A stretch of DNA of 64,000 nucleotides. Origin: a virus. Taxonomy: Duplodnaviria > Caudoviricetes. A program made the position numbers and the translations under genes. Shown piece by piece: positions 37,299-47,541 of this stretch (the first letter of the stretch is position 1; each line of letters begins with the position of its first letter). Below the pieces are notes generated by a model that saw only the letters and a program-made list of their open reading frames with translations, searched no databases and was not told where the DNA came from. The stretch lies in IMG/VR virus record IMGVR_UViG_3300038673_000220, positions 32,001-96,000 of that record. One strand, written 5' to 3'.

Positions 37299-38783
37299 AT
37301 GGGATTAGTTCTTCCATTACAAGTTGACGATGTTCCTGAGAAATCAGAGAGTGGTGATACCCTAATAACAACAAACGATATCGCAACAGCTGTTAAAGAT
37401 ACTTTTATCAATAGAACAGCTATCAACAAAGCGACGTATCCTGAGATTTATGGAACTCTTTTAAGTTACACAGAAGGTATTCCAACGAATGTCGAATACT
37501 TCAAGAAAAGAGAATCATACATCAATAGACAAACGATTGATACCAGTTTCTCTGGTGAACGAAGCTCGATCCTAACATCATTTGATCTTATTCACAACTT
37601 TGAAATACGTCTTAAAGATCAAATAGATATCAGTGTAGATCCTGAAGCAACCGAAGTATCGATCGTTGGATCAGCTATCATCTATCCTGGATTCAAACCG
37701 AATGTTGGTGATATCTTCTATTTGAAGCTTTCTGATAATAGGATCGGATGCTTCATTGTTAATACGACTCAACCTCTATCGATAGCGCATGGTTCGCATT
37801 ATCAAATAGAATTCCATTTTGATCAATTCCTTACATCTGATTATAATGATCGACTAAAAGCATCAGTAGCTGCTGAACTGTATTTCGATAAGCAGAAATA
37901 CTTTAGCGACGAAGCTGCTCTATTATCATCAGTTTCATATAATCAATATGAGAGTTTATCAAAGCATAAAAGAGCTCTTATATCGTTAATTGTGAATAAC
38001 TATTACTACGACAAAGAGAAAAGCTTGTTGGTTCCAAACAATATCTATGATGATTTCCTCATTGAGTATTTGACGAATAAAGTCAGTATTAATGATACAC
38101 CAAAAGATATTTGTCAGATACCGAATCCTTATGGATCAGCATTTTTTAATACGATTTGGTATGCTTTTCTTAATCAAGATATAACAGTTCTACTGTATAT
38201 TGGTTATACTTTAATAACCTATAGACAGTACGTCTTTGATACGAATACTTCAGATATTGACAAATTAGCTGTTCTTAAGCTGATGAATAAATACATAGAA
38301 TTAGATCCTGTACGAAATATACAGATCAAATTCGATCCTTTAGATACTGAATTTAAAACTGTAAGTTACATATTCTCTAAGAGGTTTTATTATTACGTAT
38401 TAAAGTCATTTGAAATGAATCAAAGTTTGTCTGAGTTTGAAAGCTACGAGGCTTTTCAAAATTTTATTTACGATATCGATGACGATTCACGTCTTTATGA
38501 TGATTTTTCAGACATCTTTTATTCATTTACTGCTGATGGATATTATTCTATGTCGTATTTTGACACGCTCAATAAAGCGACTGGTTCAAATAACGACATC
38601 CATCTCCCAGAGTTTGAATACATCATCTACGATTTCATAGTAAATAACAATATCGATATTGATTATCTTATCAATAAAGTTCTTGTGAAATTTCCATTCG
38701 TTAAAATGAATCCTCAAGATAAACTGTACTATTCAGCTTTCCTTATCCATCTTGTCGATTTAGCTATCCAACGTATACGTTAA
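37299..38783 (+). CDS. Putative phiKZ-like virion structural protein
   Basis: L.Y.EG....V.Y and PN.GD.F motifs; context. Confidence 0.55.
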   Translation: MGLVLPLQVDDVPEKSESGDTLITTNDIATAVKDTFINRTAINKATYPEIYGTLLSYTEGIPTNVEYFKKRESYINRQTIDTSFSGERSSILTSFDLIHNFEIRLKDQIDISVDPEATEVSIVGSAIIYPGFKPNVGDIFYLKLSDNRIGCFIVNTTQPLSIAHGSHYQIEFHFDQFLTSDYNDRLKASVAAELYFDKQKYFSDEAALLSSVSYNQYESLSKHKRALISLIVNNYYYDKEKSLLVPNNIYDDFLIEYLTNKVSINDTPKDICQIPNPYGSAFFNTIWYAFLNQDITVLLYIGYTLITYRQYVFDTNTSDIDKLAVLKLMNKYIELDPVRNIQIKFDPLDTEFKTVSYIFSKRFYYYVLKSFEMNQSLSEFESYEAFQNFIYDIDDDSRLYDDFSDIFYSFTADGYYSMSYFDTLNKATGSNNDIHLPEFEYIIYDFIVNNNIDIDYLINKVLVKFPFVKMNPQDKLYYSAFLIHLVDLAIQRIR

Positions 38784-38792
38784 GGAGCAATC

Positions 38793-39677
38793 ATGATTCT
38801 TTGTTTACACCATGTTGACCACGATGGTCATACAGCAGCAGCTATTGTTAAAAAGAAATACCCCGATGTAGAGCTCTTTGAAATCAATTACGGGATCGAT
38901 GTACCTTGGGATTTGATCAATAAGAGTGATACAGTTATCATTGTCGACTTTAGTTTACCTATCGAAGATATGCAAAAGATCGACAAAGAGCGAGAATTCA
39001 TCTGGATAGATCATCACAAATCTATTATAGATGAAGCTGAAGAGGCTGGATTTAATCCGCAGGGTATTCGCTTCGTTGGGAAATCTGGATGCCGACTAGC
39101 TTGGGAGTATTTCTTTCCAGGAGAAACAATTCCAGTGATTGTTGATTACTTAGCACGTTGGGATGTTCATGATTTTTCTGATGTAGAAAACCCAGTTGAT
39201 TCAAAGGCTATCATCTTTGAATATGGTATGCGCATCTATGATACGCATCCGAATAATGGTGCATTGTGGAATCTTATTTTAAACGATGATCCTGATGCAA
39301 TAAATGCTATTTACAATGATGGTAAAAAGATATGGATGTATCAGCAGAATATTGATGCTGAATACTTGTTGATGTATGCATTCGATGCTGAATTTGAAGG
39401 ACTTAAAGCTCTCGTTGTAAATAACGATCGATTAGGATCTCTTGGGTTTTTAGAACTCTGGGATAATACAAAATACGACATCATGATGTCATTCACTATC
39501 AGTACTGGAGGAGCTAAATTCTCTATCTATACTGATAAAGACGAAGTTGATGTAATTGAGGTAGCAAAGAAATTCGGTGGGGGTGGTCATGAGCAAGCTG
39601 CTGGATTTACAATCGAAGATATAGGATTCTTCTTTGACAAGATTAATATCATAAATCCAAAAAAGGCTAATGAATAA
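38793..39677 (+). CDS. DHH/DHHA1 family phosphoesterase
   Basis: H.D.DG, VDFS, IDHH and GGGGH..AAG motifs. Confidence 0.9.
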   Translation: MILCLHHVDHDGHTAAAIVKKKYPDVELFEINYGIDVPWDLINKSDTVIIVDFSLPIEDMQKIDKEREFIWIDHHKSIIDEAEEAGFNPQGIRFVGKSGCRLAWEYFFPGETIPVIVDYLARWDVHDFSDVENPVDSKAIIFEYGMRIYDTHPNNGALWNLILNDDPDAINAIYNDGKKIWMYQQNIDAEYLLMYAFDAEFEGLKALVVNNDRLGSLGFLELWDNTKYDIMMSFTISTGGAKFSIYTDKDEVDVIEVAKKFGGGGHEQAAGFTIEDIGFFFDKINIINPKKANE

Positions 39678-40133
39678 ATGTATTCACATAACATACCAGC
39701 TCATATCGATGAATATGTTAATGTGATAACGTACCCTATCGAAGTGCCTGAATACGCTATGATGAAAGCTCGGGCTTACAAAGATGGTGATATCATTAAC
39801 ATATTTGAACCCGATAAGAACCTTGTTGTTCAATCAAGAGCTACTGTTGCTCAGATGATCGATTTTAACTTCCGAGTCATACCTTTTAAAATACTGTATG
39901 CTCATGATATTTTAGAGATTTATAAGTATCTTGAGACATACATCGATGAGCTACAACAATTTAATGAGATTGAAGAAGCTCAGCAATACTTAATTAAAGC
40001 GAAGGATTTCTTTGGTAAACTTGAAAGATCTGTAAATATATTAGCTCGTCATGGGAATGCTGAAGCTCGAGCTCAACATGAGCGTAAAGAAATTGTAAAT
40101 ATATTCAAAGTAGCTCTCGGAGGATCTTCATGA
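39678..40133 (+). CDS. Hypothetical protein
   Basis: Abuts the previous stop; coupled to the next ORF. Confidence 0.75.
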   Translation: MYSHNIPAHIDEYVNVITYPIEVPEYAMMKARAYKDGDIINIFEPDKNLVVQSRATVAQMIDFNFRVIPFKILYAHDILEIYKYLETYIDELQQFNEIEEAQQYLIKAKDFFGKLERSVNILARHGNAEARAQHERKEIVNIFKVALGGSS

Positions 40134-41470
40134 TCATACCATCTGATATACTCAAAGAAATGGTTGACGAAGTTGTCAGTATTGAAAGATCTAATGCTGT
40201 TATTATAACGTTTCATTTGAGGAATTATGATGATCCAGAATGGGTGATCGAAGATCTTTATTTAACTTCATTGATAAAGAATCAATCACCCCTCGTTAAT
40301 GTTATGGATGAAATAACTGTTTCAGCAGATGCTACTCCGAAACAGTTCCAGGAGATGATTGAAAGGCAAAATAATCTCTATGCTGACGTTATAATCGAAT
40401 ACGCTAATCGTCAAACGAACGAAGTTATTCTTGAAGAAAAACCTATCATTTTAAGATATAGGGTTTTCATTCATGATGTATCGAATCTGTTAAAACAGTA
40501 TGGTGTTTACAGTTTTGCTAAAAACGAAGATCTTACTGATAGAGAGATCGAAGTTAATCATTCAGTAAGGATCCCAATAACGATGCAGTTGATGACCGAA
40601 ATCGATTATGTTATCAATAAGTCATCATTTACTGGAACCATGCAAGATGTTAATGTAGAAGATAGTATCAAATACATATCTTCTATTATGAAGGTCCCGT
40701 ATATCAAAATGACTCCTCCAGATAATGCGATAACGTATCAGCATTTGATAATTCCACCCGAAAACAGTGATTTTAAAGTAGTCTTTGATTATGTGAATAA
40801 AAAGTATGGAACCTACGCTAATGGATTTAGAACCTATTTAACAAATGGAATCTTGTACGTTTATCCACCATTTGATATGAAGTGTCAGGATACCCCAAAA
40901 CTGAATATATTCAGAGTATCCGAAAACACCTATATGGGTTCAACAAATTATCATAAGGTTGAAGATAATCTCGATGTATCTATTGTAAGTAATACTGAGC
41001 TTGTTGCGAAAAACCTGTCAACTCTTGGTAGTGAGAATGAAGGTAATGTTAAAATGTTTGTTCGAGCTGATGGTGTGATCGACGGTCAGGTTTCTAAAAA
41101 TAAGAAACTTAAACTCGAGAATATATCAGCTGTTATGTCAAGTGTGAATGATAACTCTATTTCGAAGAATTCTGCTATCACTAAATACATAAAACAACCA
41201 ACCCTCAATGTGTTTGATCATGGATCAACATTCAGTGAAACTGATACTGAGCTTTTAACTATGGGTTGGACTAATGCACGATTGAATATGATCTATCCAA
41301 GTATGCCAGTAACATTTATCTTTGATGAAAAAGATCAAGTGAAACAAAAGACTGGTAGAATCGAATCGATCATATACAATTTCACAAAAGGTAATCGTCA
41401 TCTGTTTTTGTGTCAAGTAGCTTTGATAATTCGGGTTGATCCAAAACAGGAAGATTACAAAGTATCATAA
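40130..41470 (+). CDS. Putative virion structural protein (baseplate-hub-like)
   Basis: PPDN...Y....IP, YG.Y..G and YVYPP motifs; context. Confidence 0.55.
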   Translation: MIIPSDILKEMVDEVVSIERSNAVIITFHLRNYDDPEWVIEDLYLTSLIKNQSPLVNVMDEITVSADATPKQFQEMIERQNNLYADVIIEYANRQTNEVILEEKPIILRYRVFIHDVSNLLKQYGVYSFAKNEDLTDREIEVNHSVRIPITMQLMTEIDYVINKSSFTGTMQDVNVEDSIKYISSIMKVPYIKMTPPDNAITYQHLIIPPENSDFKVVFDYVNKKYGTYANGFRTYLTNGILYVYPPFDMKCQDTPKLNIFRVSENTYMGSTNYHKVEDNLDVSIVSNTELVAKNLSTLGSENEGNVKMFVRADGVIDGQVSKNKKLKLENISAVMSSVNDNSISKNSAITKYIKQPTLNVFDHGSTFSETDTELLTMGWTNARLNMIYPSMPVTFIFDEKDQVKQKTGRIESIIYNFTKGNRHLFLCQVALIIRVDPKQEDYKVS

Positions 41471-41482
41471 GGAGGAAAACTT

Positions 41483-42343
41483 ATGAAACGGTCTTTAATA
41501 CCTGATTTAGAGGCATTGAACCTCGATTCATCTGATGAAAAGGAAGATGTCGTTCGGATGAATGTTCCACTGATGATCCGTATCTTTGAATACATCCGTG
41601 AAGATGTTAAAGAGGATGTTGAGATCCATGACATCGCAGAACGTCTCGTTAAATTCAGTAACGAATCCGACAAAGAGCTAACGATGGATGATTATGAAGC
41701 TATCGTTGGAACTACTACTAAAGAACCAATATCTGTAGCATCTGAAGAAGCGATGCTTGCTTCTGAAGTTCAAAAGGATGACGTATTCGTATGTACTGAT
41801 TCTGGTAAACACTTTATCAACGTTACTGGAAGTAATGAGTCTTTAGATGATTGGAAAGAGATCGTCGAAGAGGAAACTCATGATCTTGAAGAAATCGAGA
41901 TGGTGGTTGATTTCAAAAAGATCGTTGAAGTTGATAGTGATGAAGCACAATTTGCTCTTGAAGCTGCCAATGAGATGGTTATCAAACGAACTGATCTTGA
42001 TAAGTATTTTGTAAATACTTCAGGTAAGAACGAATCATCTTCTGATTGGGAAGAAGGTGTTTTATCAACAGAAGCTATCAATAATAAAACGCATAGTACG
42101 ATCGTTATCAATATGGAGAATATCGATCAAGCGAATGCGTTAACAACAGCTCTGAATAATTTCAGTAATAAAGCTGGGGTTGGGGGTGATGTTGAGATGT
42201 TCATCAGTACAAGTGATGGTGAACCAAAATCTTGTGGTACTATCGGTCATGATGTTAAGATAGGTAAGATCTATCACAACGTTCCTGATGAAAAAGGTGG
42301 TGATAAAAAAGAGGACAAGAAAGATAAGGATAAGAAAGACTAA
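41483..42343 (+). CDS. Acidic putative head protein containing two copies of the fibre knob module
   Basis: TAAGGAGG SD; two TD..K.F.N..G.NES..DW.E units; several S/A-X-E sites. Confidence 0.7.
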   Translation: MKRSLIPDLEALNLDSSDEKEDVVRMNVPLMIRIFEYIREDVKEDVEIHDIAERLVKFSNESDKELTMDDYEAIVGTTTKEPISVASEEAMLASEVQKDDVFVCTDSGKHFINVTGSNESLDDWKEIVEEETHDLEEIEMVVDFKKIVEVDSDEAQFALEAANEMVIKRTDLDKYFVNTSGKNESSSDWEEGVLSTEAINNKTHSTIVINMENIDQANALTTALNNFSNKAGVGGDVEMFISTSDGEPKSCGTIGHDVKIGKIYHNVPDEKGGDKKEDKKDKDKKD

Positions 42344-42345
42344 AT

Positions 42346-42399
42346 AATGAACATCATCAGAACGCTACCTTAATTGGTAGCGTTCTGATGATGTTCATT
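42346..42399. terminator. Terminator between convergent genes, 24-bp perfect stem
   Basis: AATGAACATCATCAGAACGCTACC-TTAATT-GGTAGCGTTCTGATGATGTTCATT. Confidence 0.85.
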
Positions 42400-42414
42400 T
42401 AATCTTACATTCCT

Positions 42415-43587
42415 TTATATCAAACTGCAGATGATGTCAAATTTGCTTTTGATGTTTTCAACGACGAACGGTTGACTAGCATTTGACCAAAATCTCGTAT
42501 TAGCTAATCGCTTACTCACAACATCGAAAAGCTTTTTGAGTTCTTGACTCCTATTATTTTCCGGTTGTAAACCATATATTCCGATAAATGTAGCTAGTAT
42601 GAAATACTCTTTAACGAATTCTAACCATCGGTATTGAGCTCCACCATGGAATCCAATATAATGATTATCTATCGTTGTATTGATGAGATCCAATAGGCTA
42701 GTTTCTTTATCAACGTATAACGAAGTGATTACTTCATCTGGTTTCACTTTTCCATGAACGCACTTATCGATAAGATCTTCGATTTCTTGAATAACAGATC
42801 TTCTATCGTTTAAAACAAACGTTGACTTATCAGTTGTTGTGAATTTCTCTTCAGTATATGAAAGATCAGGATCTATCGATTTAAACACTACGATATCGTA
42901 GATAGATTTCAAAATCCAGGTCCTCAAGTTGTCTTCCAATAAAGGTATCAGGCATGTTTTAAAGATGAATGGATAGTTATTTGTATTGTCAACAAATTCT
43001 TCCGGAAAGAGTAAACGATACTTCGTGTAAAGCATCAGTAGCTTGACAACGTTGATACTAAAGATAACCTCATATGGAGGATTCTTTTGATACTTCAATT
43101 TACTCGTAATGATGTCAAGTTCGATATCGCGTGAATCATTTGAAAGCATCGTTAAAGGATGAAGTTTCATCCAATCGTTAAAATTATTACTTCCAAATGG
43201 AGTTGTTTCTACGATATCGATATCTTCAGAAATAATCAGATATTCAGCTGTTTTGTATTTCTGACTATAAATGAAATTCTTATACCTGATAGGGTATTGA
43301 CGTATGAAATCAGAATACGCTGGACTCTCATATTCATTAACGATCTTAGCAAATCTATCAAAGTCATTATGAAATTTCAATAGGTAAGGAATATCAGCTC
43401 GCGTTATAAGAGAATTCAAGAAATCAATACCCATTGATGGGATTGGATCATTTGTAAATCTTAAGGTTCTTTCTTCAAGTCGTCTTAAGCCTATCTCTAA
43501 ATTACTTAAATAATTCTTAAGATCAACTATTTGGATTTTGTAGCTATGAGGTATCCTTGAGATGAAGGTTCTGAGATCTGTAAACAT
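42415..43587 (-). CDS. Hypothetical protein
   Basis: 390-aa ORF with SD GAGGA; no family recognised with confidence. Confidence 0.75.
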   Translation of the reverse strand: MFTDLRTFISRIPHSYKIQIVDLKNYLSNLEIGLRRLEERTLRFTNDPIPSMGIDFLNSLITRADIPYLLKFHNDFDRFAKIVNEYESPAYSDFIRQYPIRYKNFIYSQKYKTAEYLIISEDIDIVETTPFGSNNFNDWMKLHPLTMLSNDSRDIELDIITSKLKYQKNPPYEVIFSINVVKLLMLYTKYRLLFPEEFVDNTNNYPFIFKTCLIPLLEDNLRTWILKSIYDIVVFKSIDPDLSYTEEKFTTTDKSTFVLNDRRSVIQEIEDLIDKCVHGKVKPDEVITSLYVDKETSLLDLINTTIDNHYIGFHGGAQYRWLEFVKEYFILATFIGIYGLQPENNRSQELKKLFDVVSKRLANTRFWSNASQPFVVENIKSKFDIICSLI

Positions 43588-43664
43588 TTATATCCTCATA
43601 TATTAATTTTTTATTTGGATGAGTAATAGTGTGATCACAATATCGTAAAGGATTCATATTTCAG

Positions 43665-43675
43665 ATATATATCAT
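43665..43675 (+). promoter_or_regulatory. Phage promoter-like motif ATATATATCAT
   Basis: First of two exact motifs upstream of the chimallin candidate. Confidence 0.65.
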
Positions 43676-43792
43676 TTGATTGAATAAACTGATATTTCAC
43701 ATGCTAATCTGGAGAATGCTCATTATGGACGCTGTAGAAATTTATTAGTTGAAAATTGAATGTACTTCAGAATAAATGAATCACAATTTCAA

Positions 43793-43803
43793 ATATATAT
43801 TAT
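43793..43803 (+). promoter_or_regulatory. Phage promoter-like motif ATATATATTAT
   Basis: Second exact motif upstream of the chimallin candidate. Confidence 0.65.
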
Positions 43804-43944
43804 TTAAGTGAGGTTGTCATCATATGTAAAAAAATATACTGAGTGATAATAATATGAACTAAAGATGAGACAGTTAGATGTCTCAACCTACGAAGTGTTT
43901 TTGTGGACCTAGGACACCACTAACTTAAAAAGAGGAGCAACAAA

Positions 43945-45444
43945 ATGATCATTAACAATGAAGGACAGCAGGTAAACCAGCCGCAAACTGACGCAGCACC
44001 GAAAGCATTTTCTCTGAGAGATGTATTGCAGCGATGCAATTCTCAGAATGGTTGGTCTGGTGTCGGTCAAGATTACATCAATTCAATCCGTACTCAAATC
44101 GAGGATCCCGCAGCTACTATTAAGGGATCTATGCATCATATCAGCGATACAGCTGTAGCGTTTAATCATGAAGATAACGGTATCGTTCTTGTTCATGAAG
44201 GCGACATGATGAATTACCAGGAGCTTATCAATGAGGTTAAGCTCTACAACGCAAAACAGGCATATTACAGTGCTTTTCCGAAAAAGAAGCTGTTGAACAT
44301 CGTCACTGTTAATCGGTTCATGTTCAACCGACCGATTCAGATGGCCTCTTATATCAATAATCTGTTCTTGTCTCAGAGCGATATGATTAAGAGCTTCAAT
44401 TATCAATCTTTCGGATCTCAGAATAGTATTGATATCAACACTGATATCGGAGTTGTTCGTCGATTCTTCGAGATGCATTCGACGACTCCAGTATTCTGTG
44501 GAAACTTCGGATTCGTAGCATCTCTTGCGGATAAGAATTCCAACCGCAGTGCTGGTTATAATCAACCGACACCGATGTTTGGTGTTTCTGGTTATGTTGA
44601 GTTTATCAGGAATGATTCTGATGGAACATTCACTCCTATCGTTCATGTAACTGATATTCTTTCGGTTCTTCCTACCAATAAAATCTTGGCTCTTGCTTTA
44701 CCGCTCATCGGTGGAGTAATCATTTCTCGCAATATCTGGAAACAGCCATTCTCAGCGATTGCGAAAGATAACAATATCAATATTGGTAATCTCATCATCG
44801 ATGCCAATAGCGGTAAGCCTTATGAAGTGAAATCTGACGCTGATTTCCGTCAGATGTTCCGTCAGTATATCGGAGATCCGCTTCTTTGTATTGATATCAA
44901 ATCTGGCGGAGCTGATATTCCAGGCTTGAATCGTTTGATTCGTCAGTCTGAGCATATTGCTGTATTCAATGAGATCCTCGAGTTCTTCGGTGAGGCTCCT
45001 TTGAACGCTTGTCCGCCGATTGCTCAGAACATCTTCCGAGAAATCATCGGTGCTTCTGATATCGCCAAGAACAATATGGTAGAACCCATTGACAGTCGTG
45101 ATATCAATTACCTCTACACGGTTGCAAAAGCCAAATACAACCCTCGTCTGGATTATCTCTTGGCTCGTAATGAGTATGATCCGGTTCGACGATTCGAGGC
45201 TATCAAAGAGATTTATGGTGACATCACACCTACTCACATCTCTGCAACTACCATGTTCCACAACGACTTCCTTGGTCGTATCGTCAACAGACTGAATGAA
45301 ACGATCAAAATCGATATCCCGAATGTTGGTGATACGATGATGATCAATATGAATGAGTTTGCATCTAAGGCGTATAAACCGAATATGCCTATGTTTGGTC
45401 AAGGACAGAGCTCATTCAATATCGGTGGTTGGTCCTCTTTCTAA
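43945..45444 (+). CDS. chmA: Chimallin (phage nuclear shell protein) candidate
   Basis: Immediately upstream of the nvRNAP beta' gene as phiKZ gp54-gp55; two promoter motifs; high-expression codon bias; Q-rich N-tail; F.P.V.VTDI...LALAL...W...F...NIG.L pattern. Mostly synteny-based. Confidence 0.6.
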   Translation: MIINNEGQQVNQPQTDAAPKAFSLRDVLQRCNSQNGWSGVGQDYINSIRTQIEDPAATIKGSMHHISDTAVAFNHEDNGIVLVHEGDMMNYQELINEVKLYNAKQAYYSAFPKKKLLNIVTVNRFMFNRPIQMASYINNLFLSQSDMIKSFNYQSFGSQNSIDINTDIGVVRRFFEMHSTTPVFCGNFGFVASLADKNSNRSAGYNQPTPMFGVSGYVEFIRNDSDGTFTPIVHVTDILSVLPTNKILALALPLIGGVIISRNIWKQPFSAIAKDNNINIGNLIIDANSGKPYEVKSDADFRQMFRQYIGDPLLCIDIKSGGADIPGLNRLIRQSEHIAVFNEILEFFGEAPLNACPPIAQNIFREIIGASDIAKNNMVEPIDSRDINYLYTVAKAKYNPRLDYLLARNEYDPVRRFEAIKEIYGDITPTHISATTMFHNDFLGRIVNRLNETIKIDIPNVGDTMMINMNEFASKAYKPNMPMFGQGQSSFNIGGWSSF

Positions 45445-45521
45445 TAGTAGGATTTTACCCTTTTTACCTACTATTGGGAGCTTCATGATAAAGCCGACAA
45501 AATAACTTTATCATGTCGAAA

Positions 45522-45552
45522 TAAATGGTCACTAAGTCGGAGTGACCATTTA
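45522..45552 (+). terminator. Hairpin after the chimallin candidate, 12-bp stem
   Basis: TAAATGGTCACT-N7-AGTGACCATTTA. Confidence 0.65.
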
Positions 45553-45598
45553 AATAATCATAATTTTTTCATAAGGAGGAGAATGATGCAAAACATAC

Positions 45599-45609
45599 AT
45601 ATATATTAT
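45599..45609 (+). promoter_or_regulatory. Phage promoter-like motif ATATATATTAT
   Basis: Exact motif upstream of the RNAP gene. Confidence 0.65.
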
Positions 45610-45622
45610 TTAAAAGAAATCA

Positions 45623-45654
45623 CCTGTTGATCCTGATGCTTCAGGATCAACAGG
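45623..45654 (+). promoter_or_regulatory. 14-bp hairpin in the RNAP subunit leader
   Basis: CCTGTTGATCCTGA-TGCT-TCAGGATCAACAGG between promoter motif and start codon; no T tract. Confidence 0.6.
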
Positions 45655-45685
45655 ATAAGATCATTCTTTAAAAGGGAAATAGAAA

Positions 45686-47072
45686 ATGCAGAAATGTTTT
45701 GTATTACCGAGTATCATTAACTTAGATGATCTCTTTAGTCGGACACCAAATACAACGGTGTTTAATGAGATCATGCTTGAATGTCAATCAAGCGAAGTTG
45801 TTGATATACTTTGTGATATTTCCAATGATAAAACTGATTCAGTAGCCTCATGTGAATGCGGTTGCCTTAAAGGAAATTATTACACTGGAACGAAATGTCG
45901 GGTATGTAATACTGTTTGCGAATCGAATCTCTTTGGTGAGATACGGAATGATTCGTGGTTAGCTATACCAAACTCTATCAAAGGAGTTTTGAATCCACAA
46001 GTTTTCAGAATCTTGGAAAGCTGGATGGGAAATACTACAGGTCATCAACCTATCATACGACAAATCCTCGATATGCAATTACCAGTAGAACCTATACCGA
46101 ATACGCCATTTTATTCTGGTATGGGATTTAATTGGTTTTATGATAATTTCAACGCTGTTATAACGTACTTTTTGACAAGCCATCCAACAGATACTGGTAG
46201 AAAAGCTGCTCCGAGTATAGAGCTCTTTCTGAAACAAGCTGGAGAAGCTATCTGGTGTCATTATTTACCAATATTAAGTAAGATCATCCAACCTATTACT
46301 CGTGTGAATAAAGATGTTCGTTATGCTGATACGGACATCAAGAATCTCATGAAGTCGATATTCACTTTAAGGAGCATCCTTTTAGCTGAAAAGACCATGA
46401 AGTTTTCTTATGATCACATCGATCGAAACTTCTTCAATGTGTATATTGAGTTCATCAATTACACGAAAAATATCTTGTATTCGAAGCTGCCAAGAAAACA
46501 GAGCATACTGAGGAAACATGTCTTTGGATCACGATCGCATTGTTCAGGACGAACTGTTGCGATCCCAATCGTTGAACCTCATGAGTCAGATAATATCCAT
46601 CTTCCTTGGCGATTAGGATTGATGATGTATCGTTATCACGTATTGGCAGTTTTGGTCAAGAAGTTTAGAATACCACCACTTAAAGCGTTTAATCGTGTTG
46701 TCAATGCTATCAACGTGTACGATTATGAGATCGATCGTATTATGCAGGAGTTGATCGCTGATTGTCCGTATAAAGGATTCCCTCTACTTGTGAATCGAAA
46801 TCCGTCATTGAAAATAGCGAGTATCCAATTATTATTCGCAACGAAGATCAAACCTGCATTAACTGAGAATCCGGTCAATTTACCAAATATTGAAGATATT
46901 AATGTCTCAGTGTTTGATCAGGATGATGAAGGATTCAGTAAGAGCTCATCGATCTTGGACATCAATGATGAAGATCAAATCGATCCAAAACTGAAGTATC
47001 TATTACGAAGCTATGTTGAAGATGATACAATAGCTGTTTCACCACTGATCGTTAAAGGTCCCAATCTTGACT
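45686..47072 (+). CDS. Non-virion RNA polymerase beta'-like subunit (phiKZ gp55-like), exon 1
   Basis: CECG...C..C zinc finger, RKHVFGSR, NRNPSL; ends GPNLD at the catalytic loop. Confidence 0.9.
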
Positions 47073-47541
47073 TAACACATAAGGTCCGCTATGAAGTAAT
47101 TCATAGATGAAAATCTCTCTAATTGCTGGAACCTACTAAAGCTGTCTCACTACAACGTGACTCGAAAGGGTGAGCGTGAATGTTTGAAAACGAGACGGAT
47201 ATATGGGGAACCGTGGATTCTAAGAATCCCTTTAGCAGCCAAGATCCTAAAGTTATTGGGTATTGATTAATTGAATGAAGATACTCAGGTGGATTAGTTA
47301 ACCAATAAATAAGGATAAGGTCCAACGACTATGTGATTAATGGGTAATTCAATAACAATGTATCTATGGGTTATTGAGTCTACATACGCGCCATTAAGTA
47401 TACAGTACTTACCAAGTGGGTAGGGAAATGGGAGACTGCCTCAGGAGATGAGGTAGAAGAGATAGTCTGGACATCTAGGGAAAACCTAGAGCTGCAGGTA
47501 ATGCTGCGGGGATCAACTAACGACTGATCCTGAACATAACG
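47073..47541 (+). ncRNA. Group I intron (IA-like), 469 nt, no internal sense ORF
   Basis: P1 GACU/GGUC with U-G at the 5' splice site; P AATTGCTGGAA, Q AGCAGCCAAG, R CAACGACTA, S AAGAGATAGTCT; terminal G 47541. Splicing restores NLDFDGDE. Confidence 0.92.

Noticed and set aside
44083-45402. Antisense ORFs of 187 and 216 aa over the chimallin candidate
   Set aside because: Same codon-bias shadow effect.
47073-47325. ORF-track tail LTHKVRYEVIHR* and antisense ORF 47119-47325
   Set aside because: Both lie within the intron; neither resembles an endonuclease.
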